24,470 nt of DNA from a virus. Taxonomy: Duplodnaviria; Heunggongvirae; Uroviricota; Caudoviricetes. Below, one piece after another: positions 8,156 through 16,335 of this stretch (position 1 is the first letter of the stretch; each line of letters opens with the position of its first letter). The notes beneath the pieces were generated by a model. The model was not told the DNA's origin, did no database searches, and saw only the letters and a program-made list of their open reading frames with translations. The stretch lies in the IMG/VR virus record IMGVR_UViG_2909272501_000001; one strand, given 5' to 3'. The position numbers and the translations under genes are program-made.

Positions 8156-8896
8156 CTAGCGTTGCATTTCAGTTACTATGAAATTTTCTTCTGTAATAGA
8201 ATTCATTATCTCAAAGTACAATTCTTCAGGTTGAATAAACGCCAACTCTTTGCAAAGGTTGACAATGGTATCACTATAAGTGATACCCATCCGAGGATTG
8301 AAAAGCTCAAATCTCTTGATGTTTCTTTTGTTTTTTGAGTAAAAGTTTAAAGTGAAATATATTAGCACCTGTCTAAGATCGTAAACACTAAACTTCCTAT
8401 CTCCTGATTTTATTTCCACAAGAACATTTGAATAATAAATATCGCCATATGAATTATTTATTACTCCGCATCCATCGAATTGTGGAGACACTTCAATTTG
8501 GTTTTCCATTCCATATCGAGACAAAATGTTTCTTGCTATTTCCCTTATGGCATTGTACTCAACCATGCTTAAGGGTAGCTTGAAGTTAGAACCGTAAGCG
8601 AACCGCTGTAGATATTCTTTTGTTTTTTCAAAAACAACCTGAAAATCAGCATTATGGAAGATATCATGTGCTGAAAGAATATTTCTGTCTAACGAATCAT
8701 TCTGTATTGCCCTATATAAATTAAATGCGCACTCATTAACAAAGACGTTATTTGACCTATTAGCGCAGTCATCTAGAGGAGGATAAACGTCCTCGATGAG
8801 ACTGCCGTTAATGATGCGTATGAAATTATTAGCATTTGGAAGCAATTGATTCCAAAATGAAGTGAATTTTCGAGAAAACGTTAATTCAGATATCAT
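8156..8896 (-). CDS. Hypothetical 246-aa protein, partner of the reverse transcriptase; possible nuclease-like effector
   Basis: ATG overlaps the RT stop (ATGA at 8893-8896), with RBS GAGGA inside the RT 3' end. Very AT-rich. Segment GDIYYSNVLVEIKSG could be a D...ExK (PD-(D/E)xK-like) core, but this is unverified. Confidence 0.75.
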   Translation of the reverse strand: MISELTFSRKFTSFWNQLLPNANNFIRIINGSLIEDVYPPLDDCANRSNNVFVNECAFNLYRAIQNDSLDRNILSAHDIFHNADFQVVFEKTKEYLQRFAYGSNFKLPLSMVEYNAIREIARNILSRYGMENQIEVSPQFDGCGVINNSYGDIYYSNVLVEIKSGDRKFSVYDLRQVLIYFTLNFYSKNKRNIKRFELFNPRMGITYSDTIVNLCKELAFIQPEELYFEIMNSITEENFIVTEMQR

Positions 8897-10521
8897 AGCG
8901 CATCCTCAAGATTTCTTGCGGTATGCCTTTTACTTGCCCAATCCCTGTAAATCACCTCTACAAAGTTGAATGTTTTCTTATTATGCTCTCTCCAGTGCCG
9001 TCCTTCATCACCTAAGATGTAACTGGAAACGATCAATAGTCTTCTCTGCAACGGATGCATTGCAGAGAAATTTTTTTTGATATCAGAAAGCCATGCGTAA
9101 GAATTAATTTTTGCCATTGACTGTGTAACTATGTTCTTGACTAAGATGCTTTCTGGATTGTTATTGTATATTTCACTAAGGATTAGGGTGGATTTTTCTG
9201 AATTTTCTTTTGAGAGCATTCGGGCTACATAGGCTAAGTTGAGCTCAGTACTCAAAATATATGAATCTTGTTTAATTAGTGCAGTTATTTTATCAAGAAT
9301 AATATCTTTGGTTTCTGTGCTTAATTTTTGCCAGTTGGAGTTAGCTACTTGAATTATAGTTGTAAATATTGGATATAACTCATGCAAGTTATTAAACATT
9401 ACTTTGAAAGCACTACTTATTATTTCATCTGATGTTGCTGAGAATGCCTTTATCAAATGCTTGCTAAAAGATTGGTTAATTTTTGATTTTTGTAACTCAC
9501 TACTCAGCATAGCTAACAAGTCAAAATCTTTTAAAGATTCCTTTATCTCTTCATATTCCTCTATCGCATTTGCTGAGTAAGGATCGAATCTTATAGGAAG
9601 ACTCATAAATTTAGCCTTCATAGGAGATTCTTCATCTTCATCATTACCATGCAACTTAGCTTTAGTTACTGAAAGGAACTCTTCTTTAGTAACAATATTG
9701 GTTTTTTGTTTCTGTAAAGTTAGCCCTTCATTTTCCATCAGTTTTTTACTAAGCAAAGTTAAAATCTTATGAGCATCCTCTCTAGAGTTACAAAAAATAA
9801 CAAAGTCGTCGACATAACGCTTATAGTTGATTCTATTCATAGACAATAATTTATCAATAGAATCTAGAGCTAGTTCTGCTAATATTCTAGAGGCAGGACA
9901 TCCAACTGGTACTCCATATGATTTTGTTTCACTAAATGTCTGTAGTAATTTCTTGATTTTCCCAGAGTAATCTTTATTGGGGTCGACTCTATCTAACGCA
10001 TTTTCTAAACGGTGGTGATAAATACGCGGATAGAAATCTGCTATATCGCATGTAAGTACATACTTTATTTCATCGTTAGAACATTCAGAGATACTGTCTT
10101 CTTGATATTTTCTCCAAGAGATCTCTTTATCAAAAAGAGAACCATCAGCAAGGTTTGGTTTAAAGCGATATGAATAAACCTGCGTTTTAGTAGATCTATT
10201 CCTTTCAATATCATCAGCGATTTTTAAAACTAACCCAAGAAAAAAAGCATTCCAGAATGGATCAATTTGGGTCGCCCACCTGTAACCATAATAACCAATA
10301 CTTGAAAAGCTATTAATTATGTTTGGTGGAATCTCGATCCTTTTATTTTCAAAGTCATTAAATGTTTGCATTAATGCAGTTTTTACTTTCTCCTTATCAT
10401 CTTCAAATAACCGACTTTCAAATGGGTAAGGGAAAATATCTGTATCGCCGTGCTTTATAATATTTTCCAATGCAAGCTCAAAGCAATTTTCTAGTTTACT
10501 ACTATCAAACTCGTTACTCAT
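8893..10521 (-). CDS. Reverse transcriptase, 542 aa, with ~230-aa alpha-helical C-terminal extension; UG/Abi-like defence-associated RT candidate
   Basis: RT motifs in canonical order: LTCDIADFYPRIYHHRL (motif A-like), SYGVPVGCPASRILAELAL (motif B'-like), KRYVDDFVIF (YVDD catalytic motif C), NEGLTLQKQKTNIV (motif D/E-like). RBS AAGGAGA; start overlaps the int stop by 8 nt. No retron-type VTG motif seen. Confidence 0.85.
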   Translation of the reverse strand: MSNEFDSSKLENCFELALENIIKHGDTDIFPYPFESRLFEDDKEKVKTALMQTFNDFENKRIEIPPNIINSFSSIGYYGYRWATQIDPFWNAFFLGLVLKIADDIERNRSTKTQVYSYRFKPNLADGSLFDKEISWRKYQEDSISECSNDEIKYVLTCDIADFYPRIYHHRLENALDRVDPNKDYSGKIKKLLQTFSETKSYGVPVGCPASRILAELALDSIDKLLSMNRINYKRYVDDFVIFCNSREDAHKILTLLSKKLMENEGLTLQKQKTNIVTKEEFLSVTKAKLHGNDEDEESPMKAKFMSLPIRFDPYSANAIEEYEEIKESLKDFDLLAMLSSELQKSKINQSFSKHLIKAFSATSDEIISSAFKVMFNNLHELYPIFTTIIQVANSNWQKLSTETKDIILDKITALIKQDSYILSTELNLAYVARMLSKENSEKSTLILSEIYNNNPESILVKNIVTQSMAKINSYAWLSDIKKNFSAMHPLQRRLLIVSSYILGDEGRHWREHNKKTFNFVEVIYRDWASKRHTARNLEDAL

Positions 10522-11698
10522 TCACATTCTCCTTAATAAAAATATAATCTGAATACCACTGCATCATATCACGGCGTTTATCAATATATTGAGCATGATT
10601 ATACGTACCTCTAATATTATTCTTATCTATATGAGCAAGCTGTATTTCTATCCAAGCCGAATCATATCCTTTTTCGTGGAGGATAGTAGATAAGGAATGT
10701 CGAAATCCATGACCAGTAAGTTTTCCACCATAACCAATACGCTTGATAACTTGGTTAATACTCGCCTCACTCATAGGCTTGTTCGGATCGTTCCGCCCCG
10801 GAAAAACATAACTATACTTCCCTGTCATCATCTTGAGTTCATTTAGCAAATCTAACGCTTGAGTCGACAAAGGCACAAGGTGTGATCTGCGCATTTTCAT
10901 CCTTTCAGCAGGAATTTCCCAAATAGCGTTATCTAAATCAAATTCTGACCATAATGCCGCACGTAATTCGATGGTTCTAACACCTGTAATCATGAGCAAT
11001 TTCGTGGCAATCAGGACAAGCCGACTTCCGGTATATCCGTTTAAGGCGCGAAGAAAATCAGGTATCTCATTAGCCTTTAAGAACGGGAAATGATTTGATT
11101 GGTGTACATTGAGGGCGCTTGAAAGATCCGCAGCAGGGTTAAACTCAGCCCTTCCAGTAGCAATGGCATAGCGGAAAACTTCTGAGCATCGCTGCCGAAC
11201 TTTGCGCATTTTTTCTAATGCACCGCGCTTTTCGATTTTACGCAGCACATTAAGCAGTTCTAGCGGTTTAATCTCTCCCACTGGCCTTGTTCCCACATAA
11301 GGAAAAATGTCGTTCTTAAACGCTTCCATGATGTCTGATGCATATCCCGCCGACCATTTGGTAGACTTCTGTTGATGCCACTCTCTGGCTATCTTTTCGA
11401 AGGCGTTCTCTGACTCTGTTTGCAGAGCCAGCTTTTGCTCTTTTCGAACCTCACTAGGGTTCTTTCCTTCTGCCACAAGTTTTCGAGCTTCATCACGACG
11501 GGAACGAGCATCAGCAAGAGTGATCGTTGGGTAAACACCAAGCGAGATCATTTTGGGTTTACCGGCATAGCGATAACGAAATCGCCAGCTTTTACTTCCA
11601 TTTGGCTCTACAAGTAAAGACAACCCTTGCCCATCCCCAAGTGTATAGGCTTTAGCTTCAGGTTTAGCACGGCGAATCTGCATATCATTTAGGGGCAT
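10514..11698 (-). CDS. int: P4-type (DUF4102-family) tyrosine integrase
   Basis: 394 aa. N-terminal ...RRAKPEAKAYTLGDGQGLSLLVEPNGSKSWRFRYRYAGKPKMISLGVYP... is characteristic of P4/CP4-57-type integrases. Catalytic R...HxxR...H...Y residues (GVRTIEL, GHGFRHSLS, LAHIDKN..RGTYNHAQY). Confidence 0.88.
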   Translation of the reverse strand: MPLNDMQIRRAKPEAKAYTLGDGQGLSLLVEPNGSKSWRFRYRYAGKPKMISLGVYPTITLADARSRRDEARKLVAEGKNPSEVRKEQKLALQTESENAFEKIAREWHQQKSTKWSAGYASDIMEAFKNDIFPYVGTRPVGEIKPLELLNVLRKIEKRGALEKMRKVRQRCSEVFRYAIATGRAEFNPAADLSSALNVHQSNHFPFLKANEIPDFLRALNGYTGSRLVLIATKLLMITGVRTIELRAALWSEFDLDNAIWEIPAERMKMRRSHLVPLSTQALDLLNELKMMTGKYSYVFPGRNDPNKPMSEASINQVIKRIGYGGKLTGHGFRHSLSTILHEKGYDSAWIEIQLAHIDKNNIRGTYNHAQYIDKRRDMMQWYSDYIFIKENVNE

Positions 11699-11749
11699 GT
11701 GTATAGAATTCCAAAATCGAACAGGAACATATACATAATCCTATACACA
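11698..11749. repeat. Arm-type 9-mers near the int start: TGTGTATAG (11698-11706, inverted) and CTATACACA (11741-11749)
   Basis: Same 9-mer as at 613-633; the first copy overlaps the int start codon. Confidence 0.3.
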
Positions 11750-11861
11750 TTTAGTACTGGATTCTACTGGAAAGTTATGGACTAATACGAACAGTAAAAA
11801 CAAAAAATCTTTTATAAAACAGTGCGGTTATGGATAAATACGGATGTTTGAAGAAGTGGAG

Positions 11862-11881
11862 ATGGTGCCGATAATAGGAGT
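11862..11881. repeat. Right copy of the imperfect direct repeat; candidate att core shared by both elements
   Basis: ATGGTGCCGATAATAGGAGT, see 537-556. The first 9 nt (TGGTGCCGA) resemble the reverse complement of a tRNA 3' end, but no T-arm follows. Confidence 0.5.
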
Positions 11882-12023
11882 AAAACACTCGATTAATCTC
11901 GTGTTAATGCCATCACCTACGACCATTACTAATTGATTGAATCTGATAGAAAAATTATCATTTTCTATACCTTACAATCAATTTACACATTACAAACGCT
12001 CCGACACTTTAGCCGGAGATTTT

Positions 12024-13301
12024 ATGAGATACAAGCCTAACCAATACTTAATCTGTGATTCTTACGGTAACTACTATTTAAGGATCACGCTGCCTGTGTA
12101 TATGCAGCCCTTTTTTGAAGGAAAAAGGACGTTTGTCAGAAGTCTACACACAAGTAATCTTCGTGTGGCACGTCGAAAGCGTGATCAGATTGCAGATGAA
12201 TACCATTGCTTACGGGAGAGTGTTGCCCCTGTAAACAGCACAATAGAAAACACGCTGGAACTGTTACGCAGTAAGGCTAAATACGCCAAAACAGCTACCA
12301 GAATGCAAGATACAGCGTCTTCGTGTCCGTCATTGCTTAAAATTCTTGAAATCTACCTGACAATTAACAGCACGAAGAAGAAGCCAGCCACTTTAGCTAA
12401 GGCAAGAAAAGCGGTAGAGATGTTTCTCTCCTACCGTAAAAAGCCTGATATTGCATTGCAAGATGTAAGCCGCACCACTGTTACAGGCTGGATTGAACAC
12501 ATGCAAAAAACCCTTTCACAACAATCAATTGCAAATTATATCAGCCCAATGGTCCAGCTATGGGAGTTAGCTTCATCACGTTACCACGATGCGCCAGAAA
12601 GGGCGCTCTCCCCCTGGCGAGGGCATAGGCTTGATGTGGCACAAAGTAGAGAGAGCTACGAGGCATTTTCTAACAAAGAGCTATTGCAGGTGTTGCAAGT
12701 ATTTTCCGGTGATTCAGCAGAAAACAAAGAAATGACGGCTTTGTGTCTTATCGGTTTATATACAGGTATGCGGATCAATGAGATAGCAAGTATCACAATA
12801 GACGATGTGAAAGAGATCGAAGGTGTGCTGTGTTTTGAAATCACACAGGGAAAAACGAAAGCTGCGGCACGTCTTGTGCCTGTGCATAACCTTATCACTC
12901 CGTTGGTGTTGTCGCTGCGTGAAAAGCCTCACAATGGCTTTTTGTTCTATCACGCCAGCATTACAGAACGTGCTGACGGTAAACGCTCTACGTGGCATAC
13001 ACAACGATTTACAAGAGCTAAACGAAAGGCTTTAGGGGAAAAGGGAACAGAAAGGAAAGTGTTTCATTCTCTGAGACACGGAGTAGCACAGCTTCTTGAT
13101 CGAAATCAAATTCCAGAAGACAGGATCGCCCTTCTCCTGGGCCATACACGCGGCAATACAGAAACATTCCGCACATATAGCAAGAATGCAGCTTCTCCAG
13201 TAGAGCTTAAAAAATATATTGAGCTTTTACGCTACCCTGAAATAGAGAAAGGCTTATCAATCAATAAAAAATCAAATTTAAGGCGTAAAACAACGCCATA
13301 G
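12024..13301 (+). CDS. Second tyrosine recombinase/integrase (425 aa from the ATG at 12024; track ORF begins at a TTG at 11937)
   Basis: Catalytic signature GMRINEI (R), FHSLRHGVAQ (HxxR), LLGHT (H), TYSKN (Y). RBS GGAG 5 nt before the ATG. AT-rich. Confidence 0.75.
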   Translation: MRYKPNQYLICDSYGNYYLRITLPVYMQPFFEGKRTFVRSLHTSNLRVARRKRDQIADEYHCLRESVAPVNSTIENTLELLRSKAKYAKTATRMQDTASSCPSLLKILEIYLTINSTKKKPATLAKARKAVEMFLSYRKKPDIALQDVSRTTVTGWIEHMQKTLSQQSIANYISPMVQLWELASSRYHDAPERALSPWRGHRLDVAQSRESYEAFSNKELLQVLQVFSGDSAENKEMTALCLIGLYTGMRINEIASITIDDVKEIEGVLCFEITQGKTKAAARLVPVHNLITPLVLSLREKPHNGFLFYHASITERADGKRSTWHTQRFTRAKRKALGEKGTERKVFHSLRHGVAQLLDRNQIPEDRIALLLGHTRGNTETFRTYSKNAASPVELKKYIELLRYPEIEKGLSINKKSNLRRKTTP

Positions 13302-13381
13302 ACGTAATAAAGAGGCTTCAATATAGATTGATGCCTCTTTTATGATTATCTCGTTACAGAGCGTTTCATAGGCGTTTAAGG

Positions 13382-14059
13382 CTATTGTTTAAATACTGGC
13401 GTTACAACGTCTTGCCCTGGGCTTTTTTGATTTTTCTGTTCTGTTGTATTTACCTGCATTTTAACCTGTCCCCCTACAGATTTATTTGGTGCTGTTTTTA
13501 CAGCAATAGCATTAGTGGTGGCCTTAGAGACAAGACGAATTTGCTCAAAATCAAGAGTAAACAATAAGCTTTCGCTTGCTTCTTCTTCGTAAGACATGCC
13601 AACTAACACAACGTTGTCATAATTTTTTAACTCAGTGACAAGTAGGAAAGGTTGGCGACTGTCCATCAACTGATTTAGGTATTCAAGCATAAGCATACGT
13701 CGATTGCCGTTAATTCCCGCATTCTTAATCATATCGGGATTGAGTTTCAATACGGTTTCAGAGATACGCCCCTGTAATGTGAACTTGTTATTCCGTATTT
13801 GAACATGATCACTAACTTCTGATCCTGATTCGACGGCATAGCTTGTAACGTCTGCATTTCGGCTAACTTTCGTCGATTCCACGTTATCAAATGATAATGC
13901 CCGGTAGTCATTGTAAGCAGCATTTGCACCACTGCCGAGGTTAGAGGTAATAATCGCAAAGCCGTTACCCCCTTTAGTTGTTCTACCGTTGCTATCGTTG
14001 CTTGTGCTGTTGATTTTCGCCTCAGTCGGGCGACCAATGGTTAACGGACCCATTGCCAT
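13382..14059 (-). CDS. Hypothetical protein, 225 aa (possible virion-associated protein)
   Basis: ORF with RBS AAGGA; last gene of a co-oriented leftward block that includes capsid-like candidates. No recognisable motif. Confidence 0.45.
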   Translation of the reverse strand: MAMGPLTIGRPTEAKINSTSNDSNGRTTKGGNGFAIITSNLGSGANAAYNDYRALSFDNVESTKVSRNADVTSYAVESGSEVSDHVQIRNNKFTLQGRISETVLKLNPDMIKNAGINGNRRMLMLEYLNQLMDSRQPFLLVTELKNYDNVVLVGMSYEEEASESLLFTLDFEQIRLVSKATTNAIAVKTAPNKSVGGQVKMQVNTTEQKNQKSPGQDVVTPVFKQ

Positions 14060-14106
14060 AATTTGTAATCCTTATTTAAGGGGGCTAAACAGCCCCACAG
14101 TGATGA

Positions 14107-15948
14107 TTAATAGGTTGACCCGCCTGACATAACACCCAGCGTTAATAGCTTGCTAAACTCAGCGGAGGATGCCTTTGATTTGAAGTCGATAAATTCGCTC
14201 AATCGTCCGGTGTCTGATTCGATAGTTAGCGGCACTTCTGCATTTACTTGTAATTCTGGATTGAAGTTAATAACAGGTGCAAAGGTGTAAGAAGGAGTCT
14301 TGATAGCTTGTTGTGCTGCACTCTGTTTCAGATTTGCAATGTTTTGTCCTTCGAGAGTGTATTGATTTACAGCCTGCGCCCCGCCTACCGTTTCTTCTGG
14401 CGTAAACCAGCCTTTAATAGTGTTAAACAGGGAATTGCTGTTATCTGGCTTAGTTGTTCCGGTGCCAGCGCCTTTATATTGATCAGGAACGAGATTAGAA
14501 AGATTCTGTTTCATCCCTTCGTTAGACAGTGGCGGTGCATCACCTAAATTCTTCTGAATAGCTTCCGTCTTCTCGTCGTTTTTCATCAGCCAGTTGATTG
14601 CTTTCATTACGGCGTTAACCAATCCGCCGATAGCCTCGCCTAATTTGGTAAACATTGGCAGCATTGCAACCATACTCTTTTTGAACTCTTCAATCACAGC
14701 AGGATCGAGAGATTTCATAAAGCCATCAACAAAGGCGATCCCTTGTGAGTCAGAAAGCCCACTAAGTGCATTATTCAGTTCACGGAATTTAATAACGCTT
14801 TCCTGTTGTGCCTGTGTTACCCAGCGCCCTGATTCTCGTTGTTCTCGTGCTGATTGTTCCACTTCTTTAGCGGAGCGTGTCCAGTATTTAGAGGTGAGCA
14901 TCAAATCATCAGCCAGATCTTCCAGACGACTACCGATTTGTGCATCTGAATAGCCTTTAGCTACCATTCCCTGAACTGCTTTACTAACCAGACCAGCCGG
15001 ATTATCAGCAAAGTCTTTTAGATCCTTTTTAGTTAGGAATCCTTCATTCATTAAAGTATTGATGCCGCTATCGCCGCCCTTCCATTCTCCTTTACCAGTT
15101 TTCTTATCAACTACATATTCAGCTTCATCATAAGATTTGGTTGCACGTTCACGCACATCTTTCATCTGATCCAGATACTTACGTTTACCTTGTTCGCCCA
15201 TCATTGAATCAACGCCGTTTTTATACGCCCATTGTTCAACATCGTTCATCTGGTTAACGTCTACACCGCCCAGCTTCGCACGGCTATACAATTCACCCAG
15301 CGTTTCAGCATTCGCAAAGCTGTTAGTAACAAATTCAGAGGCTTTGCTCATAGCCATATACGTAGCGCCAGCGCCTAAGCCACCCAGCATAACAGCCGCA
15401 GCACCGCCGCCAATACTCCCGCTACCCTTAACAGGTGCATAGGCTTTAGCGTGAGCGTTACGATTGCCATTAATCTTACGTTGTTGCTGTTGTAGGCGTT
15501 TCATTTGGCTATTCATACGTGCCAGACTAATAGCGCCTCTTTCATATTGGAGGGCAATTTCTCTAGCCTGTGCAATAGCTTTATATTGTTCCGCTACAGA
15601 AAGACGGTGCATTGCACTAATGCTTGATCCAACGTCTAAAAGCTTTAATTCTGCCTTCTCTTTGCGTGCTGCCAGGGCTTTTTGTTCTCTTGCAACTACA
15701 CGTTGAGCGGCTAATTGTGCTTTAGCATTGGCTTTATCTGCCTGTGCTTGCTTTTTAGCAATATCGTCTACGTCTTTTTTTGCTTTAGCGGTTGATTGTT
15801 TATGTGTCTTAACACGCAATTCTATATCTTTCACCGCCGCCATTTGTTTACGAAGTTTTTCTACTTCTGCTTTTGCTTTCTCTAATGATGGTCGATCAAC
15901 CTGGAAGGTGACAACGTTTGATAAGCGGCTGACGTTAAGTTCTAACAT
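14107..15948 (-). CDS. Large coiled-coil / Gly-rich protein, 613 aa; tape-measure-like or other minor virion structural protein candidate
   Basis: N-terminal ~170 aa is Lys/Ala/Gln-rich with heptad-like periodicity, followed by a Gly-rich hydrophobic segment (GSIGGGAAAVMLGGLGAGATYMAM) and then a globular region. RBS AGGGA. Confidence 0.55.
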   Translation of the reverse strand: MLELNVSRLSNVVTFQVDRPSLEKAKAEVEKLRKQMAAVKDIELRVKTHKQSTAKAKKDVDDIAKKQAQADKANAKAQLAAQRVVAREQKALAARKEKAELKLLDVGSSISAMHRLSVAEQYKAIAQAREIALQYERGAISLARMNSQMKRLQQQQRKINGNRNAHAKAYAPVKGSGSIGGGAAAVMLGGLGAGATYMAMSKASEFVTNSFANAETLGELYSRAKLGGVDVNQMNDVEQWAYKNGVDSMMGEQGKRKYLDQMKDVRERATKSYDEAEYVVDKKTGKGEWKGGDSGINTLMNEGFLTKKDLKDFADNPAGLVSKAVQGMVAKGYSDAQIGSRLEDLADDLMLTSKYWTRSAKEVEQSAREQRESGRWVTQAQQESVIKFRELNNALSGLSDSQGIAFVDGFMKSLDPAVIEEFKKSMVAMLPMFTKLGEAIGGLVNAVMKAINWLMKNDEKTEAIQKNLGDAPPLSNEGMKQNLSNLVPDQYKGAGTGTTKPDNSNSLFNTIKGWFTPEETVGGAQAVNQYTLEGQNIANLKQSAAQQAIKTPSYTFAPVINFNPELQVNAEVPLTIESDTGRLSEFIDFKSKASSAEFSKLLTLGVMSGGSTY

Positions 15949-15982
15949 GCTAATTGTTTCCCTGTATTATGATTGTTGTTTA

Positions 15983-16180
15983 TTATTGTTTTTTAGAGCA
16001 ATAGTATTGAATTGCTTCGAAAGTGCTGCATCCAGTCTGAAAGACACGCTGACGCACATTATTTGCATCAATTTCTAAAAGGCGGCAAAGCGCCGATGTG
16101 TTTATAACTGATTCCTCGCTAATAGCTGCCAGTTCTTTTACAGATTTAAGAATTAATGCCTGTGAATTTTCTGCGTTCAT
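15983..16180 (-). CDS. Small hypothetical protein, 65 aa
   Basis: ORF between the 343-aa and 613-aa genes; no motif recognised. Confidence 0.3.
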   Translation of the reverse strand: MNAENSQALILKSVKELAAISEESVINTSALCRLLEIDANNVRQRVFQTGCSTFEAIQYYCSKKQ

Positions 16181-16335
16181 TGGTTTTCTCTCACATATAT
16201 ATTTTTATTTGGGTTTGTAGACAGTAGAAAAAAAATAAGGGCAAGAGACAGCGCATATTTTGCTTATATGATTATCCCTTACCCTTATTGCCCCGATTAT
16301 TTCCAGACGATGGGGAATCGTCTATTAACGCTTTA

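Noticed and set aside
8893-10521. Classic retron (RT plus msr/msd)
   Set aside because: No VTG motif was seen in the RT. There is no intergenic space upstream for an msr/msd ncRNA because the RT start overlaps int. No retron-type inverted repeats were noticed.
11862-11940. tRNA gene at the right att-like repeat
   Set aside because: TGGTGCCGA resembles the reverse complement of a tRNA 3' end, but no T-arm (GGTTCGA-type) or cloverleaf can be formed from the neighbouring sequence. At most it is a short remnant.
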